Shown: in pieces, positions 1-12,200 of the stretch
How positions within the stretch are numbered: the first letter of the stretch is position 1
How the letters are laid out: each line of letters starts with the position of its first letter
Assembly: GCF_009914755.1 (NCBI RefSeq)
Contig: NC_060946.1
Source of the DNA: the human T2T-CHM13v2.0 reference genome, Homo sapiens
Length of the DNA stretch: 64,000 nucleotides
Direction: 5' to 3' (one strand)
Program-made: the position numbers and the translations under genes
The notes under the pieces: model-generated
Told to the model about the DNA's origin: nothing
The model's database searches: none
The model's input: only the letters and a program-made list of their open reading frames with translations

Positions 1-157
1 TCCTCCACCTGTGAAGGACTGGCCGGGGCTGAAGGAGCTCAGCAAGCAGCAGGGCCCCACCTGGAAGCAAGGCCGGGTGAGGTGGGGTCAAGACGGGACC
101 CAGCAGGGCCACTGACAAGTCATTCCAGAAGTGCACACCCTCATCCCAAGTGCTCCC

Positions 158-860
158 CAACACACATGCACACACGGCACACTCAGGCCTCCAGAAAGAC
201 ACACACACAAGCATGTGCACACTCACACACACATGAATGCACTTACATACACGCACATACACAAAGGCGCACACACAGGTATGCACACACACAGCCACAC
301 ACACGCAGGTGCACACTCACACAGACGCGTGAACGCACTCACATACACAAAAGCACACACAGGCATGCACGCATACATGCATACATTCACACACACGCAG
401 GTGCACACTCACACACACATGAACACACTCACATACACAAAGGCACACACACAGGTATGCAAACACACACAGCCACACACACGCAGGTGCACACTCACAC
501 AGACACGTGAACGCACTCACATACACAAAAGCACACACAGGCATGCACGCATAAGTGCATACATTCACACACATGCAGGTGCACACTCACACAGACATGT
601 GAACACACCCACATACACAAAGGCACACATAGGCATGCACACATACATACGTACATTCACACACACACACACGCAGGTGCACACACACACACACATGAAC
701 ACACACAAAAGCACACACAGGCATGCATGCATACATGCATACGTTCACACACACATGCAGGTGCACACACACACACATATGAACACACTCACATATAGTC
801 ACATACACACTGGCCTGCACACACAAATCTACACACACACACACACACACACAGGCATAA
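158..860. repeat. CA-rich degenerate minisatellite, ~84-98 bp unit
   Basis: The core CAGGTGCACAC recurs at ~306, 398, 484, 576, 674 and 758 inside (CA)n-like sequence. It explains the His/Thr and Cys/Val ORFs. Confidence 0.9.
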
Positions 861-2169
861 GCACAAGATTGTACAGTTTCATTGGTGTTTAGTCCAACAC
901 GCCAAAACCCAGTACCTTGGGCCCTGATGGAATGAGGGCATCTGTGGTACCCTCGGGCAGATTCTCAGCAGCCCTGTGGGGCCATTCCAGCTTTGCTGGG
1001 CCCGCCTTCGTAGCTGGTCAACTGATTCCTCCTGCAGTGTACAGGGCCCCGCACTAGAAGGACCCACACCTGGGTTAATGCGTTGCTGTCACTGACCTGA
1101 AATGCTTCATCCTTCGAGCGAGGGGTCCCCACGTTTTCAGTTTCACTGGCCTCAAACAATATTTGAGGCCTTGTTATTCCTGCTGCTGTGGAAAGGTAAA
1201 TATTTATAGGAAATTTCCATTTCCTTTTGCTCATCTGACAGAAACTTGAAAATTCACAGCCCTTCCTTGGCCATTCTGCCATCTGCTCCCAGGTTGGAAA
1301 GAGTCCCCAGGTCCCTCTGGGCAAGTGCAATGTGCACGTATTGAAAACATGTTATCGTGAGGTGTGGAAGGAACGCACTTCTCAGCCTGGGCTTTCTCCA
1401 GATAGATGATGATAGTGTAACAGCAACTTAGTGATGTGTGGCTCTCACATAATGAATTGATTTTATAAAACGTTTTCATTCATTTGAAAACTGTCTGGCC
1501 GTCTATTGAATGGGAATTACAGTGACAATTAGACTCAATATTTAAATAATCAGTTTTCACTGGGCAGTATTGGGATGTCACAATTTACAAAGCACTTTTA
1601 ATTATTTTATGTGCTGGTTAGTGTGTTTTTGCAATTAAAATAATATCTACATGTAAATGTTGCAGGAATGCGGATATGAGCACTTAAGGGGGCCGGCTGC
1701 TCCGTCTGCCTCTCCATGCCGTGGACTCAGCACCAAGTTCCAGGAACAAAACGCACCACAGCAGGAACAGGCAGGCTCCGCTGCTGAATTTTGTCCTTTT
1801 TCCTAAATCGTCTGTTGTCTTCTAACGTGTTAATGGGTTCATGAGGTTCCCGCCACGCTTAATTTCTTCTTTCTCCAACCAGGCCATGGCCCTGCTATTC
1901 CCTTCAGGTAGGAAATGGCCTCCATGAGAGCGTTCAGGTCTGAGCGCCCCGTTGTGTTCAGGAGCCTGCCGGCTGGATGCAGCCCATCACAGAAGCCTGT
2001 GAGGTCATGTCCATGGGTCCTGGGAGCTGAGCAGAAAGAGCTCTCTGCCTGAGGACGCTGTGTGTGTGGGAGCGTGAGCTGAAGTCCAGGGCAGCTTCAC
2101 TGGGAGTGCCGCCGTCTCTGGACTTGGAGGACGCCTTTTCCACAGGACATTGCTCCTGGTCAAGGCACT

Positions 2170-2900
2170 CACTTCACAGCCAAAGAGCAGCCATGGGTCC
2201 CTCCCTGCTCATGGAATTCCCTGCTCTTACCATGCTCCAGCCTGGAGCAGTGGGCTGGATAGAGCCAGGGAATGGCCTTTTGATGGTGATGGTACCTCCG
2301 GGGGCTGGGAGAGGTCTCCTGGGCTGCGCATGTTCTGAATCAGTGTCCAGCATGTGCTGCTGTCTCTCCCGTAGCCAGGACTCACGGGTCCAGGAACCAA
2401 GGGGTGGAAATGGAAGCGCGCCACTCGCCATCACCCCTAGTGACCTACTAGCAAATTTTTTTGCTTTCTGTTCCCATGACTTTATACTCTGCTGGCCTAG
2501 AAGTCTTACTCCAGAGGGAGAAGTGCTTCCACCAGGAGACACAACAATGATATTATTGTCCTGGAAGTTCAGCCTGCTGCCTGGCCGCATTGGACTCCTC
2601 ATGTCTCTGAGTCAACAGGCTAAGAAGGGAATTTCCATCCTGGCTGCGGGTATCAGTCCAGATTATCAAGGGGAAATTGACCGCTGCTCCATGGGGACGT
2701 AAGAAAGAGTGTGTCTACAAACAGGAGATCCCGCAGGGTGTCTCCTAATACTGCCATGGGAAATTACAACAACCCAATCCAGACAGGACCACGAATGGCC
2801 CAGACCCTTCAGGAATGAAGGTTTGGGTCTCCCCACCAGATAAAGAAGCAGGACCAACTGACGTGACTGCCGAGGGGAAAGGGAGCATTGTATGGGAGAG
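2170..2900 (+). pseudogene. ERVL pol (integrase C-terminus) and dUTPase relic, frameshifted
   Basis: ORF 2064-2702 contains APLAITPSDLL and PEGEVLPPGDTTMILLSWKFSLLPGRIGLLMSLSQQAKKGISILAAGISPDYQGEI, which match ERVL dUTPase. The intervening parts are read out of frame. Confidence 0.85.
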
Positions 2901-3206
2901 AAGAAGGCGGCTGTGAGCTCCAGGGGTGCCCTCCGGGCCCATCACAGAAGCAAGGACTGTAATTGTCATCATGGTAAATTATAAATATTCTTATTTATTA
3001 TTAATGTGTTTTTGTGTATGAATACATAACCACACACACAAAGCAAATCTGTTCTTCCCTCTCTTCTCCCCTTATGGTGTTACATAAGATGTATTGACTT
3101 CAGAGCGTAGTTTCTAAGCATTGTTACTTTATATCACAGCATTTGTGCTGCAGGATGTCATGGAGAAGAGGAAACACCACCCAGAGCTCTTCTGGGAAAG
3201 GGTTAG

Positions 3207-3574
<368 letters not shown>

Positions 3575-3640
3575 AGAATTAGGTATGTTTTAGGGAGACG
3601 TATATAGAGGTGCATGGTGTCGGGCTGACAGGCGGTGGAC

Positions 3641-3870
3641 CCAGGTGGCGAGTCTCACGTCCACCTCGCTGGGCTGTGGTGTCCGGCATCCTGGGACGCT
3701 GCTGTGAAGGTATTTTGTAGATTGCTCAACACCCACAATCAGTTGCCTTTCCGTAAAGGAGATCACCCCTGAGCAGTTGGGTGAGCCTTATCACATCATG
3801 AAGGCTTTAAGAGGAAAACTGAAGAGGAACATCCACCTGAACCTTGAGTTTCTGGCCTGCCCCAGAGCCT
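3641..3870 (+). mobile_element. MLT2 (ERVL) 3' LTR, partial and highly diverged
   Basis: GCTGTGAAGGTATTTTGTAGAT...CAATCAGTTG...GTAAAGGAGATCACCC...GGGTGAGCCTTATC lies directly after the ERVL internal region. Confidence 0.75.
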
Positions 3871-3938
3871 TCCCTCCTGGATGTCTGGGGCTCCTCCAGG
3901 AAGGGGCATGGGTGAGGCTGAGCACCTGCAGCTCCTCG

Positions 3939-4041
3939 GGCAGCGGACATGCTGGGCCACTCTCACGTACCCTGCGGTGACTCACACTCAGGCAGCGGAC
4001 ATGCTGGGCCACTCTCGCGTGCCCTGCGGTGACTCACACTC
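3939..4041. repeat. 52-bp tandem duplication
   Basis: GGCAGCGGACATGCTGGGCCACTCTC...GGTGACTCACACTC occurs at 3939 and 3991. Confidence 0.9.
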
Positions 4042-5954
4042 GCTGCTGTTCCCAGCATCCCTGTCCAACTGGGTGGTGCATATTTGCTCTCTGGCATTTT
4101 CCCCATATTAGCCTGTGGTGGCTAATGGGGGGGAAAACACATTAATCCTTTGTCATCTGCAAGGCTAGGGTGAGTCCAGTCCTCCTGGAGGCTGTGGGAG
4201 TGTGGAGGTTCAGGAACAGAGGGATGCAGGGACAGCATGGTGGCCCATGCAAGCCCTCGAGGTGTGCCTTGGCCACAGCTCTAAACGGCAGAGCTGCTGA
4301 GCGAGGCACACAGGTCACCAGGCAGGTTGTGAGGAGCCACCAGTGAGGCTGCAGAGACCCGAATTCTCCCTGGAAGGGTGTCAGATTCTCCAGACCCTGC
4401 TGTGATTCTTCTGTGTTTATAGAAGTAGCAAGAAGAAACGTTAGCCTATCTTAAATAAATCCTTAGATTCTGACACAATGGAATCTACATTAGCAACACT
4501 TGGATGGTAAAGAGCCTGGAAGTAATGTTGTGGTATTTGGCTCCCTTGAGTGAGCTGGGAGTGAAGAAATGAGTGACTGAATGACTGAATGAATGAATGA
4601 ACTCATCAGGGGTCTGCCGTGCTGAGCATGGTGCTGGGCATGGTCACTCTCAGGAGATCCTATCTGTGGTCAGGGAAGCTGAGGCTAGAGGAATCATCTG
4701 GGTCTGCCTCTGCGTCCCTGTTCCCCCTGTTTCTTGCGGGTCACCCAGTGAGTCCCCACTGAGCTGCGTCCATGGGACTGCAGGCATCTGAGCCCTCACA
4801 CTGCCCTGAGAGCAGACAATCCAGGGCCAGGGAGGCCGGAACCCAGCTGCAAGCCTGAGTGACTGGGAACAGGCGGCCTGAACTCCAGGCTGCCTGCCTG
4901 TAACACGGGAGGGCACTGGGTAAGTTCCCGAGAACTGGGACCAGTCTCCTCCCGGACAAGGGGGCAGATTGGACCCAACCACTTAATGCTGGAATGGGAG
5001 TTGCCCCATGTCCTGTGGGAGGTGCCTAGACAGGCAGCAGCCCCCAATGCACCTGTATCCCCTCCTTTTCTGGACACCCCTGCAGAAGGGGAGCAGGTGC
5101 TGAGGGGCTCAGGAGGCCCTCATATGTCTGTGTTAAATCGTTCTCCATCCCCCAGAGAGCCCCGGTGTCTGAAGGCCTCCGCGTACCGGGGCTGTGGTTA
5201 AGCTGGGACCAGCAGGAAACTCACAAGCTGAGGCGCCAATGCACGAAGGAGGAGGTGCGGGAGCCAGGGACCCCCAGTTGCAGCACACACCTTCTCAGCA
5301 GAAGCACCCGGCAAGGAAGGAGTGGGTTGGCATCCTACTCAGGGCAGTGGAGCCAAGAGCAGCCCCAGACCGCGTCCCGCCCTGGAAACAATTCCTTTCG
5401 CTCAAACCCTGCCAGTCTCTAAGCTAAGGGCGTGACTAGGACGGGACGGCTTTTGTTTTACTCAGCTGATTATTTTTGCATTTAATTCATACATTAGTTC
5501 GACTTAGTGGCTGCAGAAAAGCTATAAACCGAAGGGATTTAAGCCTAACAAATGGTGTTCTAATGAGAATTATTGAGGCCAACACTAGGATTCTGCAAGA
5601 ATTATGTTTCCTTTGAGGGAGGTCTGCCTCTGAGGGACCCCAGGCTGCAGGGGGTCTGTAGAGGTTGACCGTTTTCCAGGTGGTCGGGGAAGGTGATGTG
5701 CTTTGGGCCTCTCCACTGGGGTAACTGGAAGGCTGGGGTGGGCTCCGTCCCCCTGCAGGTCTAACCCCAGGGGAGTCCCCGTCTTGTTCACAGGCTGTCT
5801 TCTCCTCCCCAGGGAACACGCGGTTGGTGGGGACCCCACAGGCAGGAGGTGCAGGAGGAAGCCCCCCCAGGCAGAGACCCAGGAATCACAGCTTCCGCAC
5901 CCTCTTCACTCCCCTAGAGGCTCGGGGAGCTGAGCCCCAACACTCCCCAAGACT

Positions 5955-6195
5955 TGGGGGCATTAATTTAAAACAACTGATTGCCAGCAAAAGGCCTCAT
6001 CAAAGATTAAATGAGCATAATTTAACTGAGGGAATGATAATAGATTTAGTTAAGAAGAGAAAAAAAGGAAAATTGAATTAGAATGCATATTTGAGGGAAA
6101 ATTGGAGTTTAATGTAATTACACTTAGAGATGAGACAGATTACAATTACCGTGTTTCAGAGGTGGAATTTTTAATTGCATCATTTAAAATCAAGC
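5955..6195. promoter_or_regulatory. candidate developmental enhancer (CNE-like island)
   Basis: Sharp AT-rich island in GC-rich DNA with ATCAAAG (5999) and many TAAT/ATTA cores. Confidence 0.45.
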
Positions 6196-6688
6196 CTAGG
6201 TCTCTGCCTTCAGCAGGTCAGGAAAAGGGTTTTCAGGCAGTGGGGATGGCTTCTGTCCTGCTAGCTTCCTCCCTGACCCAAGGGGAGCAGCAGCCATTTC
6301 TGCCCACCTGAGGGGGCCAGGCAGATGCTGCAGGTTCCGAACCACAGTGTCCTGCTGCCCTGCGCCCGCCAGGCCAGTCCACACCCTCTGGGCTGAGGGC
6401 CTCACCCTGCAGAGGAGACAGGCACAGGGGCCCTGTTATTCCTGAGACCTTGAGGAGCCCGCAGCCCTGGCAGCAAGGCAGAGGGCCTGGCTGACACACA
6501 CCTTCCCGGATTTGATTATCCTCACGGCTGATCCAATCACTTGGGCAGTCAGGAACCACGATCATAGCCAAAAACCTCAATTCCACCAAAAATCGAGTTT
6601 CCCAGATGGCATTTTCACTCTTTAGTCCTGAACCACTCACCTTCACAGGTGCTAACTGTGTTTGCCTCTGGAGTGATGGGACCAACCA

Positions 6689-6850
6689 GAAGGCATCTGG
6701 GATAGAAAGGGCACTCAGAGGAGCATGAGGCCCTCGATGAAGGGGTCTGGGATAGAAAGGGCACTCAGAGGAGCGTGAGGCCCTCGATGAAGGCGTCTGG
6801 GATAGAAAGGGCACTCAGAGGAGCGTGAGGCCCTCGATGAAGGCGTCTGG
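6689..6850. repeat. 50-bp VNTR, ~3.2 copies
   Basis: The unit AGGCGTCTGGGATAGAAAGGGCACTCAGAGGAGCGTGAGGCCCTCGATGA is repeated. Confidence 0.95.
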
Positions 6851-6956
6851 ATCTCCAAGGCCGGGAGATAAGCCCGCTAACCGGCACCTTAGTGCTCCAG
6901 GACGCTGGGCTGGCATGCTGTCCGTGTCGGCAAATAGTGCCAGCGCCTGTGGGCAC

Positions 6957-7006
6957 GGACTCCTCCCACCCGGGACTCCTCCCACCCGGGACTCCTCCCA
7001 CCTGGG
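6957..7006. repeat. 16-bp tandem repeat, 3 copies
   Basis: GGACTCCTCCCACCCG x3. Confidence 0.9.
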
Positions 7007-7023
7007 ATTATGGTCTTGGTCAC

Positions 7024-7146
7024 CGTCATGGTTGAGTTATGTTCCCTCAAATTCAAATGTTGGAGTAATAACCCCCAGCACCGCAGAACGTGACCTTATT
7101 CAAAGATAGAATCTTTACCGAGGAGGCCAAGTAAAAATGAGGTCAC
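7024..7146 (+). mobile_element. MLT1 (MaLR) LTR 5' fragment
   Basis: GTTCCCTCAAATTCAAATGTTGGAG..ACCCCCAG..GAACGTGACCTTATT..AAATGAGGTCA resembles the MLT1A/B 5' end. Confidence 0.75.
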
Positions 7147-7267
7147 AGCCAGGCGCGGTGGCTCATGCCTGTAATCCCAGCACTTTGGGAGGCCGAGGCA
7201 GGCAGATCACCTGAGGTCGAGAGTGTGAGACCAGCCTGACCAACATGGAGAAAACCTGTCTCTACTA
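7147..7267 (+). mobile_element. AluSp-like left monomer only (3'-truncated)
   Basis: Intact Alu 5' end with the AluSp diagnostic CCTGACCAACATGGAGAAA; the match stops at TCTCTACTA. Confidence 0.85.
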
Positions 7268-8077
7268 CACAGCTCTCAGTCATTGGCTCTGCCACCGCTT
7301 CTCCGTCATCCCTCCCATGATCTTCTCCTCCAGTTCTCTCAGCACTATTTTCTTTACTATTTCAATGCCCTCTTAGGGGAAAGCATCCATTGAATCTCTC
7401 GATTCACTATTTTACTTGTGGGACCATATGGGACTATGCTTATCTGACCTGTGGAACTTCACATTCCTGTCTATATTCCTTTTCTAACATTTCCTAATTG
7501 AAACTTTTTCATAAAATTCCTATTTCGTTTGTCATTTTTAAGTGGAAGTTATGCATTCATTCATCTCTTTAAACATCGCCAATGCACTTATTTGAAATAT
7601 CTGTCAAAAACGTTCAGCTACAGTCTATTAATGGGTTGATTTTTTATTCTTTGTTTATCGTCTTTCTCAAAATTAGTTTTCTTTGTGTATTTTAGAATTT
7701 GGAGACAAAACCACATTTTGAGTGGAAAGCGTTGTTTTGTTTTGCTCCCTTCTTCCTTTCTGTGCTGTCATGCACCCTCTAAGTCCCTGATTGAGACGTA
7801 GGCCTCCAAGGCAGGTGTAGAAGCCCAGACGCTCGGAGGTTCAGAGGACGAGATGGAGCAGGCTCGGGGCAGTGAGCGCCGGGCTCTGCACCTGCTCCAG
7901 GTGGCATCGGCAGCAGATGTTGAGCAGATGAGCAGTGAGGGAGCTCAGCCCCTCCCCACATCCTGTATTGCACTGGTAGGGGGTAAACCTAAGGTGCTAA
8001 AGTCTCGTCTATTCGGAACATTAGGAAATCTATAAAAGGGCGTTTTCAGAAGGCTGGTAGGAGTTGATGTTCTAATG

Positions 8078-8292
8078 CAGGGATCCACAGACTTTTTCTA
8101 AGAAGAGTCAGATGGTAAATACGTTCTGCTGCTCAGTCCATGAGGGTTTCCATAGCAACTCCTCCTCCTCTGTCGCTCAAGGCAACCAGAGCCATACAGA
8201 AGCAGATGTGTGGGGCTGTGTCCCAGGAAAACAGCCCTTACAAGGCAGCCATGGCTGGATGTGGTCTGAGAGCTAGAGTTTGCCAACCCCTC
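8078..8292. mobile_element. MER58A-like hAT-Charlie MITE
   Basis: Ends CAGGGATC... and ...TTTGCCAACCCCT; perfect 8-bp TSD TTCTAATG at 8070-8077 and 8293-8300. Confidence 0.85.
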
Positions 8293-8886
8293 TTCTAATG
8301 CAAATGAACAGAAATGCCAACTTGAATTTGAGTACAGATCCAGGAATTCCTTTTACATATGGAATACATACTGTTCAGAAAAAAACTTCAATAAGTATTT
8401 TCCAGTCACCTGGAATGTCTCAAAGAACAGAGACTTTTGTTTGGTTACTTTTGTACAACGTCATGCAGAAATAAATGAGTAAAAGCTACAATGCAAATCT
8501 TTCTATATATATTTTATGTAAAATATAAATATAAACATAAAATATATGTATATGTGTATATATATATATGTATCTTTATACTTCAAAGGACCTATTGAAA
8601 TTACTTTTGGAAGAATTCCAAGGGAAATTTATAAGGCAATGGGTTCATCAGGATCACGGTTCTGGGTGTGAGGACCAACATTTTTTAATTAAATGTTTCA
8701 TTTTGAGGTAATAGTAGATCAACAGGTATTTGTGATCAGTAATGCAGATAGATCCCAGGGGCTCCCCCTCTTTCCCTCAGTGGTCGTAATATAGCAGCCT
8801 CACATCCAGGATGTCAGTATTGACAAAATCCACTGATCTTAACCAGATTTCCCCAGATTCACTTGCACTTGTGAAAGCGTGGATGA

Positions 8887-9070
8887 GTGTGTGTATGTGT
8901 GTGTGTGTGTGCATGGATGTGCGTGCATGTGCCTGAGTGTGTGTGCGTGTGTGTGTGTGCATGTCTGTATGCCTGTGTGAGTGCGTGACTGTGTGTATAT
9001 GTGTGTGAATGTGTGTGTGTTCATGTGTGTGATTGAGTGTGGGTGTGTGCATGTGAGTGTGAGTGTGTGT
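8887..9070. repeat. degenerate (TG)n tract
   Basis: Alternating TG with CG/CA interruptions. Confidence 0.9.
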
Positions 9071-11879
9071 GGTTATTTAGTTCTACGCAAAGCTCTGTTT
9101 TTAAAGTGATACAATGTTGGAATGATGTCCAGGGACCCAGAAGAAGGAGTGTCTGGGGAAAGCCTGGTTATAACAGAATGGGTCCCAGCTAACATCATAT
9201 CTCTTTTATCTGCATTGATATCACTAGGACACAATTATTAAGAAATACAACTCACTTAACCTGGATGAATGACAGCAGGAAAATTGCTACAAATCTGGAT
9301 TAATGGAAGTCAAATGGTAGTGAGCCGGATGGTAATTAAGCTGAGGTTAAAAGCTTTGAAGCCAGCCTTTCGGGAGCGGACTTTTTCAAACACCTCAGGG
9401 ACCTAAACAAACTCCTGATATTTATTCAGGCTGAAATTCTGACTCGCATTTAGACTGCTAAATTAATAAGCTTGGAGACCTCTCCCCTTCCCTGAGTAGA
9501 CACTGCCTTTCATTTATGCCATAGAGGTGCATTAACGCTCCGTAATGCCATCTATTATTTGGGATTATTAATTCATCAGTTACTCAATTGAAAAATCTGA
9601 GGAGTCAATACAGCAAGTCGTTGGGAAAGTGTGGGACCCTAGTGAAAAATCAGCAGATTGTTGAGGAAATAATGTTAAAGAAACACTGAGTAACAAAAGA
9701 CATTCTTTATTAAAATATCAAAGAGGATAAATATCTCCTTAAGAAGCTCTGGGGTCCTAAGTAAACTCCCAAGGGGTGGGGGTCCTGACAGCAGGACATG
9801 GTGGTCTCACAGTTTAACCTTTGCACGAAGCCACCGGTCTTCGGCTTTCTGGGCACAGGACTCGGTGCAGCACCCTGGGAGGAACTGTTGGGACCACAGG
9901 AAAGGGGAATGGTCGAAGGAAGGGGAGGGGAGCTGTCATCAGGCATTGCTCACCTTGAAGGCACAAGTTCAGGAGACCACTGAGCTCACGTCCTCCTCTG
10001 CCCTTGCAGCCTGGGGTGGGAGAGGGAAGTACAGGTGACACCTCCCATGCCCATGTACAAAGAGCACAGTGGGGAAGGGAGGCAGGAAACTTGGTCCCCA
10101 GTAAGCTTCCCTCATCTGCCTCCCCTAGGAGCATCAGTCAGGCATCTCTTAAGTTTAGAGAAAGCTCATTGTAAATACATATTAACTCTCACCATGATGA
10201 GAAGGCTGATGACAGATTCTGCTCACCTTAATGGTGGGGCAGGGCCTTGGTCATCTTTTTAACCCGGTGATTAGTGGGATGTCTGCAGAGAGACACTTAA
10301 TTAAGGCTTGTTAAATTGCACTGAACAATGTCCCTGATATTTACACACCTGCACCTGGCACTTTCTGAGCTTTTGCATCTACTGTCGGGCAATGAACCAG
10401 GTTGGTAGAGCTTCCGTCCTGAGCAGGGGCTGCTGATTGCCCTCCTTCCTCCCAGCACCAGCAGTCAGCCTACCCAGACACTCTTCTTCCCTGATTTCCA
10501 GAGAGGAGCGGCCTCTGTTTAATGTCCTGAGTGCAGGACAGGGACCTTGGAAGGCGCCGAGCTCTGAGCCCTGAGTCGCTGTAAGCCTGAGTCTAGGCCA
10601 TCAAGCTCTCTGGACCCTGACATTCCTTCCCAGGCATCTGCTGCTACTGCTGAGAAGTGAGGAGCCTTCAGCACAGGCAGGGAGCCGTGGCGGATGCTCA
10701 TTAACTCTGCCAGGGCCTGCATGGCCGGGCTCTTCAGGCCAGCTCCCTGGGGCTACATTCTCAGAACCAAACTGTGTTCCTCTTACCATGGACCTCTGGA
10801 GGAAGCCCAGGCTTTCTGTCCGGCTCTTTGTTTGCCAAATGCCAAGGGGTTAAAGCCTGAGAGCTGAACTACATCAGTAGGTCAACACACCTCACCCTGG
10901 GGCTTGGCATGACTTGGGAGGCAACCCGGCAGACCCACGGTATTTGGCCAGGTTTGTCCATGGCCAAAGGGCCAAGCCCTTGAGCCAGCTGCAGTCCCTG
11001 GTGGGAGGATGGTGGGCTGGGGCAGGAGGTGCTAGAGCTGATGGGTCCCATGAGGGATCCTGCTGGGCTGGGAGAGCTCGAGCCCCTGGAAGATTTTCAG
11101 GATCCTCCTGAAGTCTTCTGTGACAGTCATTTTCTTCTTAAAGGGGCAAGTTCCAAACTTGGCGCTACAGGGGTCCCAGTAGATCAGGCCTCTCCCCTCC
11201 GCAGGTGGCCTGTGTAGCTTTGCCCTGGGCCTGCCTCCCACCCTTTCTCCCTCACATGCCTCTGGGACGGGTCAGGCAGCTGCAGAGGTTCCAGGATGGC
11301 AGCCCTGGGCCCTGAAGAGGGGAATCCCCTACAGAACGAGGGAGCCCTTGGGACCCTCCTGGAGACACTGGGCTCCTGTTCAGCCTGGAAACAGCCACTG
11401 AGCCTTCTTTCTCAAGCAGCCTTTCCATGGAGTCAGGGTGGCGAGGCCCTGTTTAGTGCTGGGCATGTTAGGGAACGTCTGTCTGGGCTGGCCCAGGGTT
11501 TAAGATAAGAAAATTCATCCATCTTCCCAAGAAACCAGGTCACTGAGAACTCCTAGGTGCAAGAATTAGATCCAACAAGAACATTTCCTGGAGTGACTGT
11601 CATTGCTTGGATACCTCACCAGCTGTTTTTTTTTCTCAATTCAGAATGTTATTACACATGCCCTTTCTGCTTCTAATGATCCTGAGCGTAACAGCCTTGA
11701 AGTATCTTAACTGTGTAGACACACGTGCATCCTTCAACAAACAAATCTTGATTTTTTAGACAAAGAAATGCAGCTTGACTCTCTGGAACACTGTTTATCC
11801 GGTCTGAATTCTGCCCTAAACCCCGTGGGTTAAAGCCACCTCCATCCTCCAAGCCCTGCCCCCTGTCCAGGCTCAGTCT

Positions 11880-12200
11880 CCGAATTTTTGCTCCACTTTC
11901 TCTCTTTCCCACCTCACCCGCACTCCTCCAGTAATTCCTGTCAAGTTCAGCCTCTACCCCTCATTGCAGCCCCCGATGTCCCTCTCCTGGACAGGCCAGG
12001 TGCACCCACCCCAGCCTGCCTGCCTCGAGGAGTCCTCCCTCCCCAACAGGGGAGAGGGATTGTTCTAAAACACAAGTGAGGTCCCAGCTCCCTGTCCCCC
12101 ACCCCCGAGGGTGCCTCATAGGTCCCAGAATAAAATCCATGGCCTCTCTGGGTTCTGTGCCCTTCTGCCTCGGTCTTCCTCTGACACAGCTTCCTCCCGC
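11880..12200 (+). mobile_element. L2 LINE fragment
   Basis: GAGAGGGATTGTTCTAAAACACAAGTGAG...CAGAATAAAATCC resembles the L2 3' region. Confidence 0.5.

Noticed and set aside
82-892. His/Thr-rich and Cys/Val-rich ORFs
   Set aside because: Translations of CA/TG low-complexity repeat.
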